DNA of 64,000 nucleotides, filler included, from an uncultured bacterium (GTDB lineage Bacteria > CAYJRR01): the NCBI GenBank assembly GCA_964372275.1. It is 4 parts of 4 records of this genome, joined end to end, with 100 filler letters (N's around TTAATTAATTAA, not from the genome) between each part and the next. Parts side by side here need not be neighbours in the genome. Positions count along the whole stretch, not along the records: positions 1 to 17,378 come from CAYJRR010000097.1; positions 17,479 to 34,741 come from CAYJRR010000098.1; 2 more parts are not named here. One strand, 5' to 3'. Of the stretch, positions 8,932 to 20,402 are shown piece by piece; within the stretch, counting starts at the first letter, position 1, and each line of letters begins with the position of its first letter. A program made the translations under genes and the position numbers. The notes under the pieces were generated by a model. The model did no database searches. It was not told the DNA's origin and worked only from the letters and a program-made list of their open reading frames with translations.

Positions 8932-9444
8932 TTAGCGCGCCAGACCGGCGCCGATGAATCCGTCCTGGCCCGGGATCCCGGCGGCGCGCGTCGGCGCCCG
9001 TCGCGGGACCGCGGTGCCGAGCTGTCGGCGGGCCTCGTCGACGGCCCGCTCGGCGGCAGGGCCGGGAAGAAGGCGGCGAAGCTCTTCCATGGCGGCCATC
9101 GCCGCCCTGCGTTCCTCGCCGGCCTGTTGGTAGTAGTGCACGCCGAGCCCGATCATCAAATACGAGCTCATCACCAGCACGGGGCTCCACGGTCCCCAGG
9201 TGACCAGCGTGGCGACCCCGACCGTCGATCCGAGTCCCACCAGGGTCCCCGAGGCCGTCGACGATCGTTTCGAATCGCGTTCCTTGACGGCGACGCGCAT
9301 CGCGAGCTCCTCCGCCCGGCCCTCGGCGACGGCGTTCCCCTCCTCCGGACCTTCGGCGCGCGCCGGGGCTGCGAATCCGGTCGTGGCAACGAGGACCGTG
9401 GCGATCCGGACGCGAATCGACGCGCGAAGCAGACCGTGGCGCAT
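8932..9444 (-). CDS. Hypothetical membrane/exported protein
   Basis: GGAGG-type RBS upstream, signal-like N-terminus ending APARA, two hydrophobic segments; fills the intergenic space. Confidence 0.55.
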   Translation of the reverse strand: MRHGLLRASIRVRIATVLVATTGFAAPARAEGPEEGNAVAEGRAEELAMRVAVKERDSKRSSTASGTLVGLGSTVGVATLVTWGPWSPVLVMSSYLMIGLGVHYYQQAGEERRAAMAAMEELRRLLPGPAAERAVDEARRQLGTAVPRRAPTRAAGIPGQDGFIGAGLAR

Positions 9445-9690
9445 GGTGTCCTCCCGATGACGAGCGCGCGGTGGTGACGCCCGCCGTCACCTCTGCACCC
9501 TCGATGCCACGGCGGCCCCGCCTCGCGCGGGGCGCGGCGAAGTGCCTCTCCTCGTTGGAGACTTTTCGCGCGACCGGCGACGCGCAGAGGAGTCGCAGCG
9601 GCATGCGCGTCCCGAATCCCGGCGGGCGCGCCTGGACCGCCATGTCGCAACCCACGGAGTCCGGCGTGGTATCGTCGCGACGAGGATTCG

Positions 9691-10557
9691 ATGAGCGACC
9701 GTCGAGAGTTGTCCGCGCGGCTCGGATCGGTCGCCGAGCTGGAGCGGCAGCGCGACTACGTCGGACAGGGGGCGCTCTTCCTGCCGGCCAGCGATCCGCC
9801 GCCGCAGCCGCTGGAGACGTTGGAGGTGCACCTCTTCGCGCCGCACGGCGGCCACGTGTCGGTCACCGCGCGCGTGGTGCAGGTGTCGGCCGCCACCATG
9901 GCGCTCGCCCCGCTCGACGCGGCCGCGGCGACGTCGGGCGTGCAGCGGCTGGTCGACGAGGCGCGCGCCGCCGGCGAGGTCCCCCCCGGACCGACACGGA
10001 TCGCGTGGGGCGGTCAAGACCCGGGCGCGGCCGAGCTCGGTTCCGCCGCGACGGATTCGGACCCCGCCGCCCCCGAGCCCGCGGCGACGGACGCCGCCGC
10101 GCCGGAGGCGACCAACGACCCGCTGGCGGAGCACGACGACGCCGCGACCAAGGCGCTCTACGACCAGATCCGCGAGATGTCGGCGCCGGACAAGATGAAG
10201 CTCGCCGCCCACGGCGATCGCGCAGCGCGGCTCCTCCTGATGAAGGACACGCTCAAGGTGGTGCACGTCTTCGTGCTTCAGAACCCCCGGATCACGATCG
10301 AAGAGGTGATCCACATGGCCGGCAGCAGCCACACCAGCCCCGACGCGCTGCAGATGATCGGGAAGAACGCCGAGTGGATGTCCAATCCTCGCGCCGCCGC
10401 CGCGCTCGTCCGAAATCCGAAGACGCCGCCCGCGCTCGCCGTGCGCCTGCTCGACCGCCTCCCGCCCGCCGAGATCCGCCGGCTGGCGAAGTCCGCCGAC
10501 GCGCCGCGCGCGGTGGGACAGGCGGCGAAGAAGAAGGTGCTCGGCGGCGAGACGTAG
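9691..10557 (+). CDS. Conserved hypothetical: PilZ-like N-terminal domain, acidic linker and helical-repeat C-terminal domain
   Basis: N-term GALFLP...LEVHLFAPHGG...TARVVQV is PilZ-like; C-term KMKLAAHGDRAARLLLMKD...VLQNPRITIEEV...LVRNPKTP is a deltaproteobacterial-type conserved domain. Confidence 0.75.
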   Translation: MSDRRELSARLGSVAELERQRDYVGQGALFLPASDPPPQPLETLEVHLFAPHGGHVSVTARVVQVSAATMALAPLDAAAATSGVQRLVDEARAAGEVPPGPTRIAWGGQDPGAAELGSAATDSDPAAPEPAATDAAAPEATNDPLAEHDDAATKALYDQIREMSAPDKMKLAAHGDRAARLLLMKDTLKVVHVFVLQNPRITIEEVIHMAGSSHTSPDALQMIGKNAEWMSNPRAAAALVRNPKTPPALAVRLLDRLPPAEIRRLAKSADAPRAVGQAAKKKVLGGET

Positions 10558-10573
10558 CGGCCCGCCGAGCGAT

Positions 10574-13500
10574 TCATCGGAACCGGCGCGCAAGCGCCGC
10601 GAGGAGGAGAGCGAAGACGGCTCCCGCGACCGACGGGCCCTCGCCGCCGACGGCGGCGACGCGGCAGCCCATCGCGCCATCGACACCCTCCGCCTCGAGC
10701 CCGGCGCTCGTCGCGACGGCCGCGCCCACCGGAGCCAGCGCGCTCCGGGTCGCCGCCCCGTGCGGATCGACGGCGGTGACGCGCCAGCGGCGCCCGTGCG
10801 CGGCCTCGCCCGCCAGGTCGACGGTCCATCCGACGGTCGACGCGCCCGTCGCCTCCTCCGGCGGGATCCACCGCACCGCGACCGGCTCGGGCCCCTCCTC
10901 GGAGAACAGCTCGAAGAGGTATCCGACGCGGCCGTCGTCGGGATCGTGCGCCGTCTCGACCCGGAACGTGCGAGCGAACCCGTCCACGATCGGCAGGACG
11001 ACGCGCGGCGACGCAGGGGGATCGTTCACCGGGTTGTAGGTCGTCTCCCGCCACTCGCTCCACGCCGACCCGTCCCCCTCCACGCGCGCGCGCCAGAGGT
11101 AGCGCGCGTCGTCCTCGAGCTCGACGTCGTGGGCGTTCCCCGGATCGTCGTCGTCGATCCCCTCTTCGGTGTGCAGGTCGTCGAGCGGGAGCGACGCCCG
11201 CCCATCCGCGGCGACGGCGGTCCGGCCCAGGAACAGACGGCGGCCATCGCGCGCGAGCTCGAAGCGGACGGCCAGACCGACGAGGTCCGCGCCGACCTCG
11301 TGGGTCAGCTCGAGGTCCCCGGCGAGCGGTCCGTCCGCCGAGGCGGCGGCGGCCACGTTCACCAGGATCGTGGCGGCCTCCGACTCGAGGATCCCGTCGC
11401 TCACCCGGAAGGTGAACCGGTCGGTGCCGGTCGCGCCGATGTTCGGGACGTAGATCACGTGGGGCGGATCGCAGATCAGCGTTCCGCGGACCGGATCGTC
11501 GACGATCCGGTAGGTCAGACGGTCGCCGTCGACGTCGGTCCCGACCAGGATCAGCGACCGCGGGCTGCCGGCGGTGGTGGTGTAGCTGCGGCCGTGGGCG
11601 ACGGGCGGATCGTTCACCGGACGGACGTCGAGCGTGATCTCCGCCGGGGAGGCGAGGTCACCGTCGGAGACGCTCACCACGAAGCGGTCCCGGCCGTTGG
11701 CGTTCGGGTCGGGGACGTAGAGGAATCCCGGCCCGGTCCCGGAGAGCCGTCCCTTCGCGGGCGGAACGTCGACGGAGAAGGCGAGCGCGTCGCCGTCGGG
11801 GTCGGTGGCGGCGATCGACAGCTCCACCGCGACGTCCTCGTCGGTGCCGAACGCCTGGGGCGCCACCTCCGGCGGGCGATTCTTCGGCACCCGCTCGACG
11901 GTGACGGTCGCCAGCTCCGACGGCGCCGAGCCGGCGTCCCGCACGCGGAAGGTGAAGCGGTCGGTCCCGGTGCCGTTCTGGCGCGCCGAATAGCGAAGGT
12001 TCGGCGGGGCGCCCGAGAGCGTACCGTCGGTCGGCAGGTCGACGATCTCGTAGACGAGTCCGGCGTCCGGCGGCATCGCCACCGCGGCGACCGCGAACAG
12101 CGGAACGCCGGCGAACCCCCCCGCGACCGGTCGAGCGGTCGCCGTGGCCGGACCCGCGGTCGGCGCGGCGTCGGGATCCGAGCCCGCCAGCACCACCTCC
12201 ACCGGGTCGACGCCGACCGCGGTCACGGTCTGCGATTCGGCCGACGGCGGGTCGTTCACCTCGCGGACGACGATCGACACCGTCGCCAGCGGCGAGGAGG
12301 AGACGGCGTCGGTCGCCTTGAAGGTGAACGAGTCCGGCCCGGAGAAGTTGGGGGCCGGCGTGTAGGTAAGGTCGGGGGCCGTCCCGGCGAGGGTCCCCTG
12401 CTTCGGCTGCCCCACCACCGCGAACCGCACCGCCTCGCCGTCGGCGGGATCCGACCCTTCGAGCCGGAAGGCGAGGCTCGAGTCCTCGTCGACCTCGAGC
12501 GTCCGCGCGACGGCGATCGGCGCGTCGTTCCGCGCCGCGACGCCGATCTCCACCACCGCCGAGGAGGCGGCGGTGCCGTCGCTCACCTCGAACAGGAACC
12601 GGTCCTCGCCGAACGCGTCGGTCGCCGGGGCGTAGAGGAGGGTGGGCGCGCTCCCGGTGAGCGTCCCCATCGCCGGACCCTCGACCACCCGGTAGGTCAA
12701 CGGATCGCCGTCGCCGTCGGTCCCCTTGAGCACGATCGTCACCGGCCGGTCCTCGGCGGTGCCGACCCGCTGCGCCTTCGCGACCGGCGCGTCGGGAACG
12801 GGGGTGACGCGGATCGAGACGGTCGCCGGGGCCGAGTAGGCGCCGCCGTCGTGGACCCGGTAGAGGAACGAATCGTCGCCGTGGAAGTCGGCCCGCGGCT
12901 TGTAGGTGACGCGTGGGAAGCTGCCGGAGAGCGTCCCGTGCGAAGGCTTGGCGTAGATCGAGTAGGTGATCGCTTTCCCTTCGGGATCCGATCCGGCGAG
13001 CTCGATCGCGACGGGCGCGTCCTCCGCCGTCTCCGCCGCGCGGTCTTCGGCCTGCGGCGGCTCGTTCACGTCGAGCACCTTGATCGTGACACGCGCGGGG
13101 GCGCTCTCGAGCAGGCCGTCGTTCGCGACGAAGTCGAATCCGTCGACCCCGACGAACGCCGGATCGGGAGTGTAGACCAGCGACGGGGGCTCCCCTTCGA
13201 GCGTCCCGTGCGTGGGGGGATTCACGACGCGGAAGGTGAGCGGGTCGCCGTCGACGTCGGTCCCGTTCGTCGGCACCGCAGACGTCGCCCCCTCCGGGAC
13301 CTTGACCGTCTCTGCCTTCGCCGCCGGCGGATCGTTCACCGGACGGACCTCGATCGTCACCATCGCCGAGGGGCAGGCCGAGGACGCCGCATCCCGGAAG
13401 TGGAACGTGTCGGATCCGAAGAAGTTCCGACGCGGGGTGTAGACCAGGTTCGGGGAGGTCCCGGACACCGCTCCGAACTTCGGGGAGACCGCGACGCGAT

Positions 13501-16500
13501 AGCGGGCGCTCGGATCGGCGCCGGCCAGGACGACCGGGACCCGCACCTCCTCGTCGGTCGAGACCGATTGGTCGAACGGGACCGAGCACGACAGCGGGGC
13601 CTTGACCACCACGACCGCTTCGGCCGGCGCCGAGGAGAGGACGCCGTCGTCGGCGATGAAGGTAAAGCGGTCGGTGCCGGAAAAGCCCGGGGCCGGCTCG
13701 TACCACATCTCCGGACCGCCCGCCGAGACGACGCGTCCGTGCGCCGGCTCGGTCACCGCGCGGTACGAGAGGACGTCGCCGTCCGGGTCGCTCCCCTTCC
13801 CCGGGACGGCGACGCCGGACTCGAACGCCGTCTCGGCCTTCGTCGGCTTGGCGATCGGCGGGTCGTTCACCCCCTCGACGTCGATCGTGACCGTCGCCGC
13901 CGCGGACCACTGGCCGTTGGCGCGCACGCGGAAGCGGAAGGCGTCGGCGCCGAAGAAGTTCGACGCACCGCGGTAGGTGACGCGTGGCGGCGTTCCGGAG
14001 AGCGTCCCCCCGCGCGGTACCCCCAGGATCGCGAACTGGAGCGGATCCCCTTCCGGATCCGAGCCGGTCAGCACGATCTCGACCGAACCCTCCTCCACGG
14101 CACGCACCGCCTGTCCGTCCGCGGTCGGCGGGTCGTCGACCGCGTGGACCGAGAGCGAGACGGTCGCCACGTTCGACGCCGACGCGGCGTCGAGAGCGCG
14201 GTAGGTGAAGCGGTCGGCGCCGAGGTGACCGGCGGCAGGCCGGTAGAAGACCCGCGCGCCGCCGTCACCGGTGACGGTGCCGTTCGACGGCGGCTCGACG
14301 ACCTCGTAGCGCAGCGGCTCGCGGTCGGCGTCGGTGGCGAGGAGGGTCAGCGGAGTCGAGGCGTTCTCCGGAACGTGCGCGGCCAGATCCGACGCGACGG
14401 GGAGGTCGTTCACCTGCCGCACCAGGATCTTCACCAGCGCGGAGGGGGAGGCCGCCTCCCCATCGCGGGCGACGAAGTAGAGCGTGTCGTACCCGAAGAA
14501 GTCCGGTGCGGGCGCGTAGGTGAGCGCGGGGGGCGTGCCGGCGAGCGTTCCGCGCCCGGGGGCGCGCACCACCGTGAAGACGAGCGCCTCGCCGTCCGCG
14601 TCGACCGCGCCGAGCTCGAAGGTGACCGACTGCTCCTCGTCGACGACCACCTCCGCCGGGAGCGCCTTGGGGGGATCGTTGACGGGAACGATCCGTAGGG
14701 CCACCTCGGCCGGTTCCGACGCGAGCGCCCCGGAGACGGCGCGGAAGGTGAAGCGGTCGGCGCCGTGGTAGTTCGCGTCGGGTCGATAGGTGCGGCAGGC
14801 GCCGGTCCCTTCGACGCGCCCGTGCGAGGGGGGCGTCACGATCTCGAATCGGACCGGCGTCCCGTCGGGGTCCTTCGCCTGCAGGGTGACCTTGGTCGGC
14901 GCGTCTTCGGAGAGGACGACCTCCTGGGCGGAGGCGACCGGCGGAAGGTCGGTCGGCTTGACGACCTGGATCGAGACCGTCGCGGGGGCCGAGACGAGCC
15001 CGCCGTCGGAGACGGTGAAGGCGAACGCGTCGGCGCCGCCGAATCCGGCCGCGGGACGGTAGACCCTCCGCGCGCCAGACCCGGTAAGCGTTCCGCGCGT
15101 CGGCGCCGTCGTCACGCGGAAGGTGAGCGGCGCCCCCTCGACGTCGACGCCGGCGAGGACGACCGGCAGATCCTTTCCCGCGTCGGTCTTGAGCGCCTGG
15201 GAGAAGGCGACCGGCGGATCGTCGACGGGCCGGACCTCGATCGAGACCGTGGCGGGCTCGGTCCCGGCGAACGCCTCGTCGACGGTGAAGACGAAACGGT
15301 CGGCGCCGTACGCGTTCGCGTTCGGCAGGTAGCGAAGGCGCCGGCCGGCGCCGACGAGGCTCCCCAGGGACGGCGCCACGAGAATCCGGTAGTTCCAGCG
15401 GTCGGGATCGTCGTCCTCCTCCACCGCGTCGGCGGCGACCTTCTGTCCGGGCAGGAGCTGGATCGGCCGGAGCGGAGCCGTGAGCACGACCTCGAGCGGC
15501 ACGTCCTCGTCGGTGGCCAGGCGCTGACCCTCGGGGACCGGGGCGACGCGCGCCGGGAGGTCGGCCTCCACCGGCGCCAGGTCGTGTCCGGCGGCGGCTC
15601 CGCGCCGATCGTCGCCGTCGTCGGCGAACGAGACCCGGACCTCGAGCTCGATCCGGTCGGCGTAGTCGACGTCGCACTCGCAGATCCACTCGAGCACATC
15701 GCGCACGTGCTGGGCCAGCGGATCGAACGGAACGGAGAAGTGGAACGCGTTCGCGGCGCCGTCGACCCCGAACGGGCCCGCCAAATCGATCCCGGCGCGG
15801 TATCCCATCGGATCGGAGAGGGTGAGCGACGCGAGGTCGACGTCGCCGGCGTCCACCGAAAGGTCGAGCGATGCGGTCGGAACCTCGCAGGTGGCCGTCA
15901 CGTACGGAACCGGCGCGTAGAGATCGATCGGCCGGGGAGAGACCGCGCAGCGCAACGGAACCTCCTCCAGCCGGAACGGCACCACCATCGTCGCCCGGTT
16001 CCCGGCGACGTCGTCGGCTTCGACGAGGAGGCGGTGCTCCCCGGGATCGAGCCTCCCCAAATCGAGCGATCCGTCGACGCACGACGCTCCGGCGTCGCAC
16101 GCGACCTCCGCGGCGACCGGACCCGCCAAGAGGCCCGGGGCCGGCTCGCGGTCACGCGCGAAGGTTCGCGACGCGAGCGGAGACTCGTGATCGGCGCCGG
16201 GATCGAGGGTGACGGCGATCCGGGCGATCCCGCCGGCCACCGACCCCGCCGCGTCATCGGCGCGCGCGGCGAACGCGAGGTTCTCGCTGACGTAGAGGAT
16301 CGGCCAGGTCGCGGCGTCGTCGAGGTCGACCTCCGCGAGATCGATGCCGGCCACGGTGACGACCGGAGCCGTCCGATCGATCCCGAACGGCGCGGCCGCC
16401 TTCTCGGCGCGGTTGCCGGCGGCATCGACGGCCTCGGCGATGACGTCGTGGATCCCCTCGGTCCGGTAGACGCCGGCGATCGTGCCCGCACCGGACTCCG

Positions 16501-17378
16501 ACGCGGCCGGCTCGGGCCGGAGGGCGAGTCGCGGCGCCTCGTCTGCCACGTCCTCCGCGGTGGCGCGCACGACCGCCGCGTCCCGGACCCAACCGCCCGG
16601 AGACTCCACGATGAGGATGGCCGGGGTGGTGTCGACGACGACGACGCGCAGCTCGGCGCGTGCCGCGTTCTTCTGCCCGTCCTCCGCGACGGCGGTGACG
16701 AGCGTCGTTCCCGCCGGGAAGCGGGCCGGCGCGTCGACGGTCACGGTCGGCTCGTCGAACGGCTCGACGACCGCCGGCGACGGGAGCTCGACGACGGTCC
16801 CTTCGCGCGAGGCCTGTTCGGCCGTCACCTCCGTCACCGGATAGGAGATCGTCGGCGGGACGGTGTCGCGCACGTCGACCCGGATCTCCGTGGTCGCCAC
16901 GTTCCCCACGCCGTCGACGGCGCGGACGTGAACGGTCGTCGACCCGAGCGGAAAGAGTCCGGGCGCGTCGTGGCTCACGGTCGGTTCGGCGTCGCAGGCA
17001 TCGGTCGCGGCCGGAATCTCGATCGACCCGGTGGCCCCCTCCTTCGCGTTGCGCTCCAGGACGACGTCGGAGGCGGGGGCGAAGACCGGCGCTTCGCCGT
17101 CGGCCGGCGCGTCGAACGCCACCCGCCCCTTGAACGCGCCGGCGTAGGCGCTTCCGGCCTTGTCCCCGGTGGCGGCGTCGAGCACGCTGCCGTGGACCTG
17201 CAGGTGGACGCTCGCCTCGCACGATCCCTCGTCGATCGAAAGATCGGCGAGCGGGACGCGAAACTCGAACCGGCCGGTTCCGGCGGGAAGGGGATCGGCG
17301 CCGTACGGGCACTGGCCCGGCGGGGTGAAGGCGAACGGCGCCTCCTCGACGCAAAGGTGGGCGTCGGCGAGCTCGAAC
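10574..17378 (-). CDS. Giant surface protein: HYR/Ig-like domains, about 15 tandem ~90-aa cadherin-like (tandem-95/Big_9) repeats, MYXO-CTERM-like tail; 5'-truncated
   Basis: Recurring 'VxPVNDPP..A......EDxxxxIxLxGxDxDGDxLTF....P.xGTL.G.xPxLxYxP..xFxGxDxFxF' units; FPLGSTTV and FPAGTTLV HYR motifs; C-term GAMGCRV...VFALLLAALARRFR; frame stays open to the contig edge at 17378. Confidence 0.9.
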
Positions 17379-17478
17379 NNNNNNNNNNNNNNNNNNNNNN
17401 NNNNNNNNNNNNNNNNNNNNNNTTAATTAATTAANNNNNNNNNNNNNNNNNNNNNNNNNNNNNNNNNNNNNNNNNNNN
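17379..17478. other. Artificial contig-joining spacer N44-TTAATTAATTAA-N44
   Basis: 100-nt spacer with stops in all six frames, identical to the spacers at 34742 and 51119. Confidence 0.98.
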
Positions 17479-17503
17479 TCCCGACCCGACGCTCTTCCGA
17501 TCT
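17479..17503 (-). other. Illumina TruSeq adapter remnant
   Basis: Reverse complement AGATCGGAAGAGCGTCGGGTCGGGA matches adapter AGATCGGAAGAGCGTCGTGTAGGGA at 23/25 and translates as RSEERRVG. Confidence 0.95.
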
Positions 17504-18580
17504 CTGCTCGAGGATCCGTTCCACCCGATCGAGCGGTGTGTCGCTCTTGAGGTCGACGACCACGTTGAAGGTGCTCGAGAAGCCGGTGCTCTGCTGGTAG
17601 ACGCTCACCCCCTGGGCGAGCTGGGTCTCCAGGACCAGGATCTTGTAGAGCCGGCCGGTACCGGAGGCGCCGAGGGCGCTGGCCGCGATGTCGAGCTCCG
17701 CGTCCCCCGGTCCGTAGATTCGGGGCGAGTGCCAGGCGTAGTGGAGGCGGCGGAGGCGCGCGAAGTCGTCGTTGATCGTCTCCCGCTTCGGCCCGGCGAC
17801 GGAGGGGGCCGCGACCTCCCGCCGCGCCGGCTTGGGGAATGCCGGGAAGGTGCCGAACCACTTCTGCACGAGCGACTTGGCGGTGGCCACGTCGAAGTCG
17901 CCGGCGAGCGTGAGCGTCGCGTTGGACGGGACGTACCAGGTGCGGAAGAAGGCGCGGACGTCGTCGGCAGAGGCGGCCGCCAGGTCCTCGTGCCGGCCGA
18001 TGGTGAGATAGCGATACGGATGCCCCTCCGGATAGAGGAGCGCGGCCAGCGTGAACCGCCCCTTTCCGTAGGGGACGTTGTCGTAGCGCTGCCGCCGCTC
18101 GTTGCGCACCACCTCGCGCTGGTTGGCGAGGCTCTTCTCGTTGAGGAGCGGCAGCATGTACCCCATGCGGTCGCTCTCCAGCCACAGCGCCGTCTCGAGC
18201 TGATGCGACGGAACGACCTCGTAGTAGTTGGTGCGGTCGGGCGAGGTCGAGCCGTTGGTGTTGCTGGCGCCGATCTTCTGCAGGATCTGGAAGTGGCGGT
18301 CTTCGCCGACGTGCTCGGAGCCCTGGAACATCATGTGCTCGAAGAGGTGGGCGAAACCGCTCTTCCACGGCGTCTCGTCGCCGCTGCCGACGTGGTACCA
18401 GACGCTCACCGCCACGAGCGGAACGCGGCCGTCGGGATGGAGGATCACCTCCAACCCGTTGGGGAGGGTGTAGCGCTCGTGGACGAGGGTGGGATCGGCG
18501 GCCGACGATCCGGCGGGCGACGCCGCCGCGAACAGCGCGGCAAGGACGGCGACGGCCCGGGCGTGAAGGCGTACGTTCAT
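17504..18580 (-). CDS. M16 (pitrilysin/insulinase) family zinc peptidase, 3'-truncated
   Basis: Signal peptide, YTLPNGLEVI, WYHVGS, GFAHLFEHMMFQGS (HxxEH), LWLESDRM, VVRNERR. Confidence 0.93.
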
Positions 18581-18639
18581 CGAGACTCCCGTTCGCGAAT
18601 GGAGCCGGGAAGTCTAGACAAACTCGCCGCGGAACGAAA

Positions 18640-18903
18640 CTAGCCGCGGACGACCTGGCGGCCGATGACGGCGCGGTAGACGGCGAGCAGGGCGATCGCG
18701 CCGAGGATGCTCATCACGATTCCGCCGCCGTGTTCGGCCGTCGGATAGAGGCCGAGTACCTGGCCGATCCACCCGCCGAGCAGCGCGCCGGCGATGCCGA
18801 GCAGGATCGTGATCACGACGCCGCCGGGATCGCGTCCCGGCATGATCGCTTTCGCCAGGATGCCGACGATGAGGCCGAACAGGATCCAGCCGAGGACGCC
18901 CAT
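18640..18903 (-). CDS. GlsB/YeaQ/YmgE family (transglycosylase-associated) membrane protein
   Basis: MGVLGWILFGLIVGILAKAIMPGRDPGGVVITILLGIAGALLGGWIG. Confidence 0.92.
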   Translation of the reverse strand: MGVLGWILFGLIVGILAKAIMPGRDPGGVVITILLGIAGALLGGWIGQVLGLYPTAEHGGGIVMSILGAIALLAVYRAVIGRQVVRG

Positions 18904-18964
18904 GAGGTTCCCCCCCTCGAGCCGACAAGATGCCGGCGGCGCCTCCGTGCGCAAGGGCCGACGA

Positions 18965-19558
18965 TCACGTCCAGGACCGCGCCGTGGCGAGCGCCCGGGC
19001 GCGATGGGAGAGGCGGTTCTTCGTCTCCGCCGGAAGCTCGGCGAACGTGCGGTCGTGGCCCGCCGGAACGAAGACCGGGTCGTAGCCGAAACCGCCGGCG
19101 CCGCGCTCTTCGCGTGCGATGCGGCCTTCGCAGACGCCGCGCGCGAGGCGGGTCGGGACGCCCGGCGCGGCGAGCGCCACGACGCAGACGAAGCGGGCCG
19201 TCCGGCGCTCGTCGGGAACCTCGCGCAGAGCCTCGAGCAGGCGCCGCCGCCGCTCGGCGTCGCCGGCGGACCCGGCCTCGATCCCGGGTCCGCCGTACCG
19301 CGCGGAACGCACCCCCGGCTGCCCGCCGAGCGCGTCGACGCACAGGCCCGAGTCGTCGGCGAGCGAGGGCAGTCCGGTCGCGGCCGCGGCGGCCTCGGCC
19401 TTCAGGGACGCGTTTTCGTCGAACGTCTCTCCCGTCTCCTCCACCTCCGGGAGTCCCGCCTCCTCGGCGCCGATGAGCTCGACCGATCCGCCGAGGATCG
19501 CGGCCGCCTCCCGGAGCTTCCCACGGTTCCGCGTCGCGAAGATCCAGCGGCGTTTCAT
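18965..19558 (-). CDS. rdgB: Non-canonical purine NTP pyrophosphatase (RdgB/HAM1)
   Basis: ATRNRGKLRE, EETGETFDENA, ADDSGL, PGVRSARY, GFGYDPVF, KNRLSHR; follows rph. Confidence 0.95.
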   Translation of the reverse strand: MKRRWIFATRNRGKLREAAAILGGSVELIGAEEAGLPEVEETGETFDENASLKAEAAAAATGLPSLADDSGLCVDALGGQPGVRSARYGGPGIEAGSAGDAERRRRLLEALREVPDERRTARFVCVVALAAPGVPTRLARGVCEGRIAREERGAGGFGYDPVFVPAGHDRTFAELPAETKNRLSHRARALATARSWT

Positions 19559-19629
19559 CGTTCCACCCGTCCCCTTCACGGGGCTTCCCCTCATACGTTC
19601 CGCCCTTCGGGCTTCCCCGGGGCCTCCCC

Positions 19630-20358
19630 TTACCCCTTCGCCACCGCCTGGCGCTGCGCCGCGAAGAGGCGATCGGTGGCGGCTTCGGCGCCGTCGAGCA
19701 TCCGGCCGAGCAGTTCGCGCGAGAAGCCGCTCCGCTCGCCGGTTCCCTGCACCTCGATCAGCTCGCGGTTCGCCGTCATCACCACGTTCAGGTCGACCTC
19801 CGCGCGCGAGTCCTCGTCGTAGTCGAGGTCGACCCGCACCTCCCCGTCCACCAGCCCGACGGAGATCGCGGCCACCTGCAGCGTCGCCGGTTGGGCCGCC
19901 ATCCGCCCCGTCTTCGCCATCCACTTGAGCGCCAGCGCCAGCGCCACGTATCCGCCGGTGATCGACGCCGTCCGGGTGCCGCCGTCGGCGACGAGGCAGT
20001 CGCAGTCGATGGTGATGGTGCGCGGTCCGATCGAGGCGAGGTCGACCGCCGCCCGGAGCGAACGCCCGATCAGGCGCTGGATCTCGTGCGTGCGCCCCTT
20101 GACGCCGGCCGGTCCGCGCGCGCGGGGCGTCCGGGTCTGGGTTGCCCGCGGCAACATGTCGTACTCCGCCGTGATCCAACCGGTCCCCTTCCCCTGGAGG
20201 AAGCGGGGGACCTGCTCCTCGACGGTCGCGGTGCAGAGGACGCGCGTGCGGCCGAGTTCGATCAGCGCGGAGCCCTCCGCTTGGGGGGCGGCCCCCGCCG
20301 TGATCGTCATCGGCCGAATCTCGGTGGCGCCACGTTCGTAGGATCGGGGTTCGTTCAT
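19630..20358 (-). CDS. rph: Ribonuclease PH
   Basis: [57 protein letters not shown]. Confidence 0.97.
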   Translation of the reverse strand: MNEPRSYERGATEIRPMTITAGAAPQAEGSALIELGRTRVLCTATVEEQVPRFLQGKGTGWITAEYDMLPRATQTRTPRARGPAGVKGRTHEIQRLIGRSLRAAVDLASIGPRTITIDCDCLVADGGTRTASITGGYVALALALKWMAKTGRMAAQPATLQVAAISVGLVDGEVRVDLDYDEDSRAEVDLNVVMTANRELIEVQGTGERSGFSRELLGRMLDGAEAATDRLFAAQRQAVAKG

Positions 20359-20402
20359 CGGGGCCAGTATTCCATGTAGTCTGTGTATGGGGAGGGGCGA
20401 AC

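Noticed and set aside
6413..9655. 1080-aa MATE fusion protein
   Set aside because: The part upstream of 7816 is an alternate frame over the radical SAM and hypothetical genes; the MATE starts at 7816.
11330..15560. Repeats as a CRISPR array or DNA tandem repeat
   Set aside because: They are divergent ~270-bp protein-domain repeats in an open frame, with no identical short repeats, spacers or cas genes.
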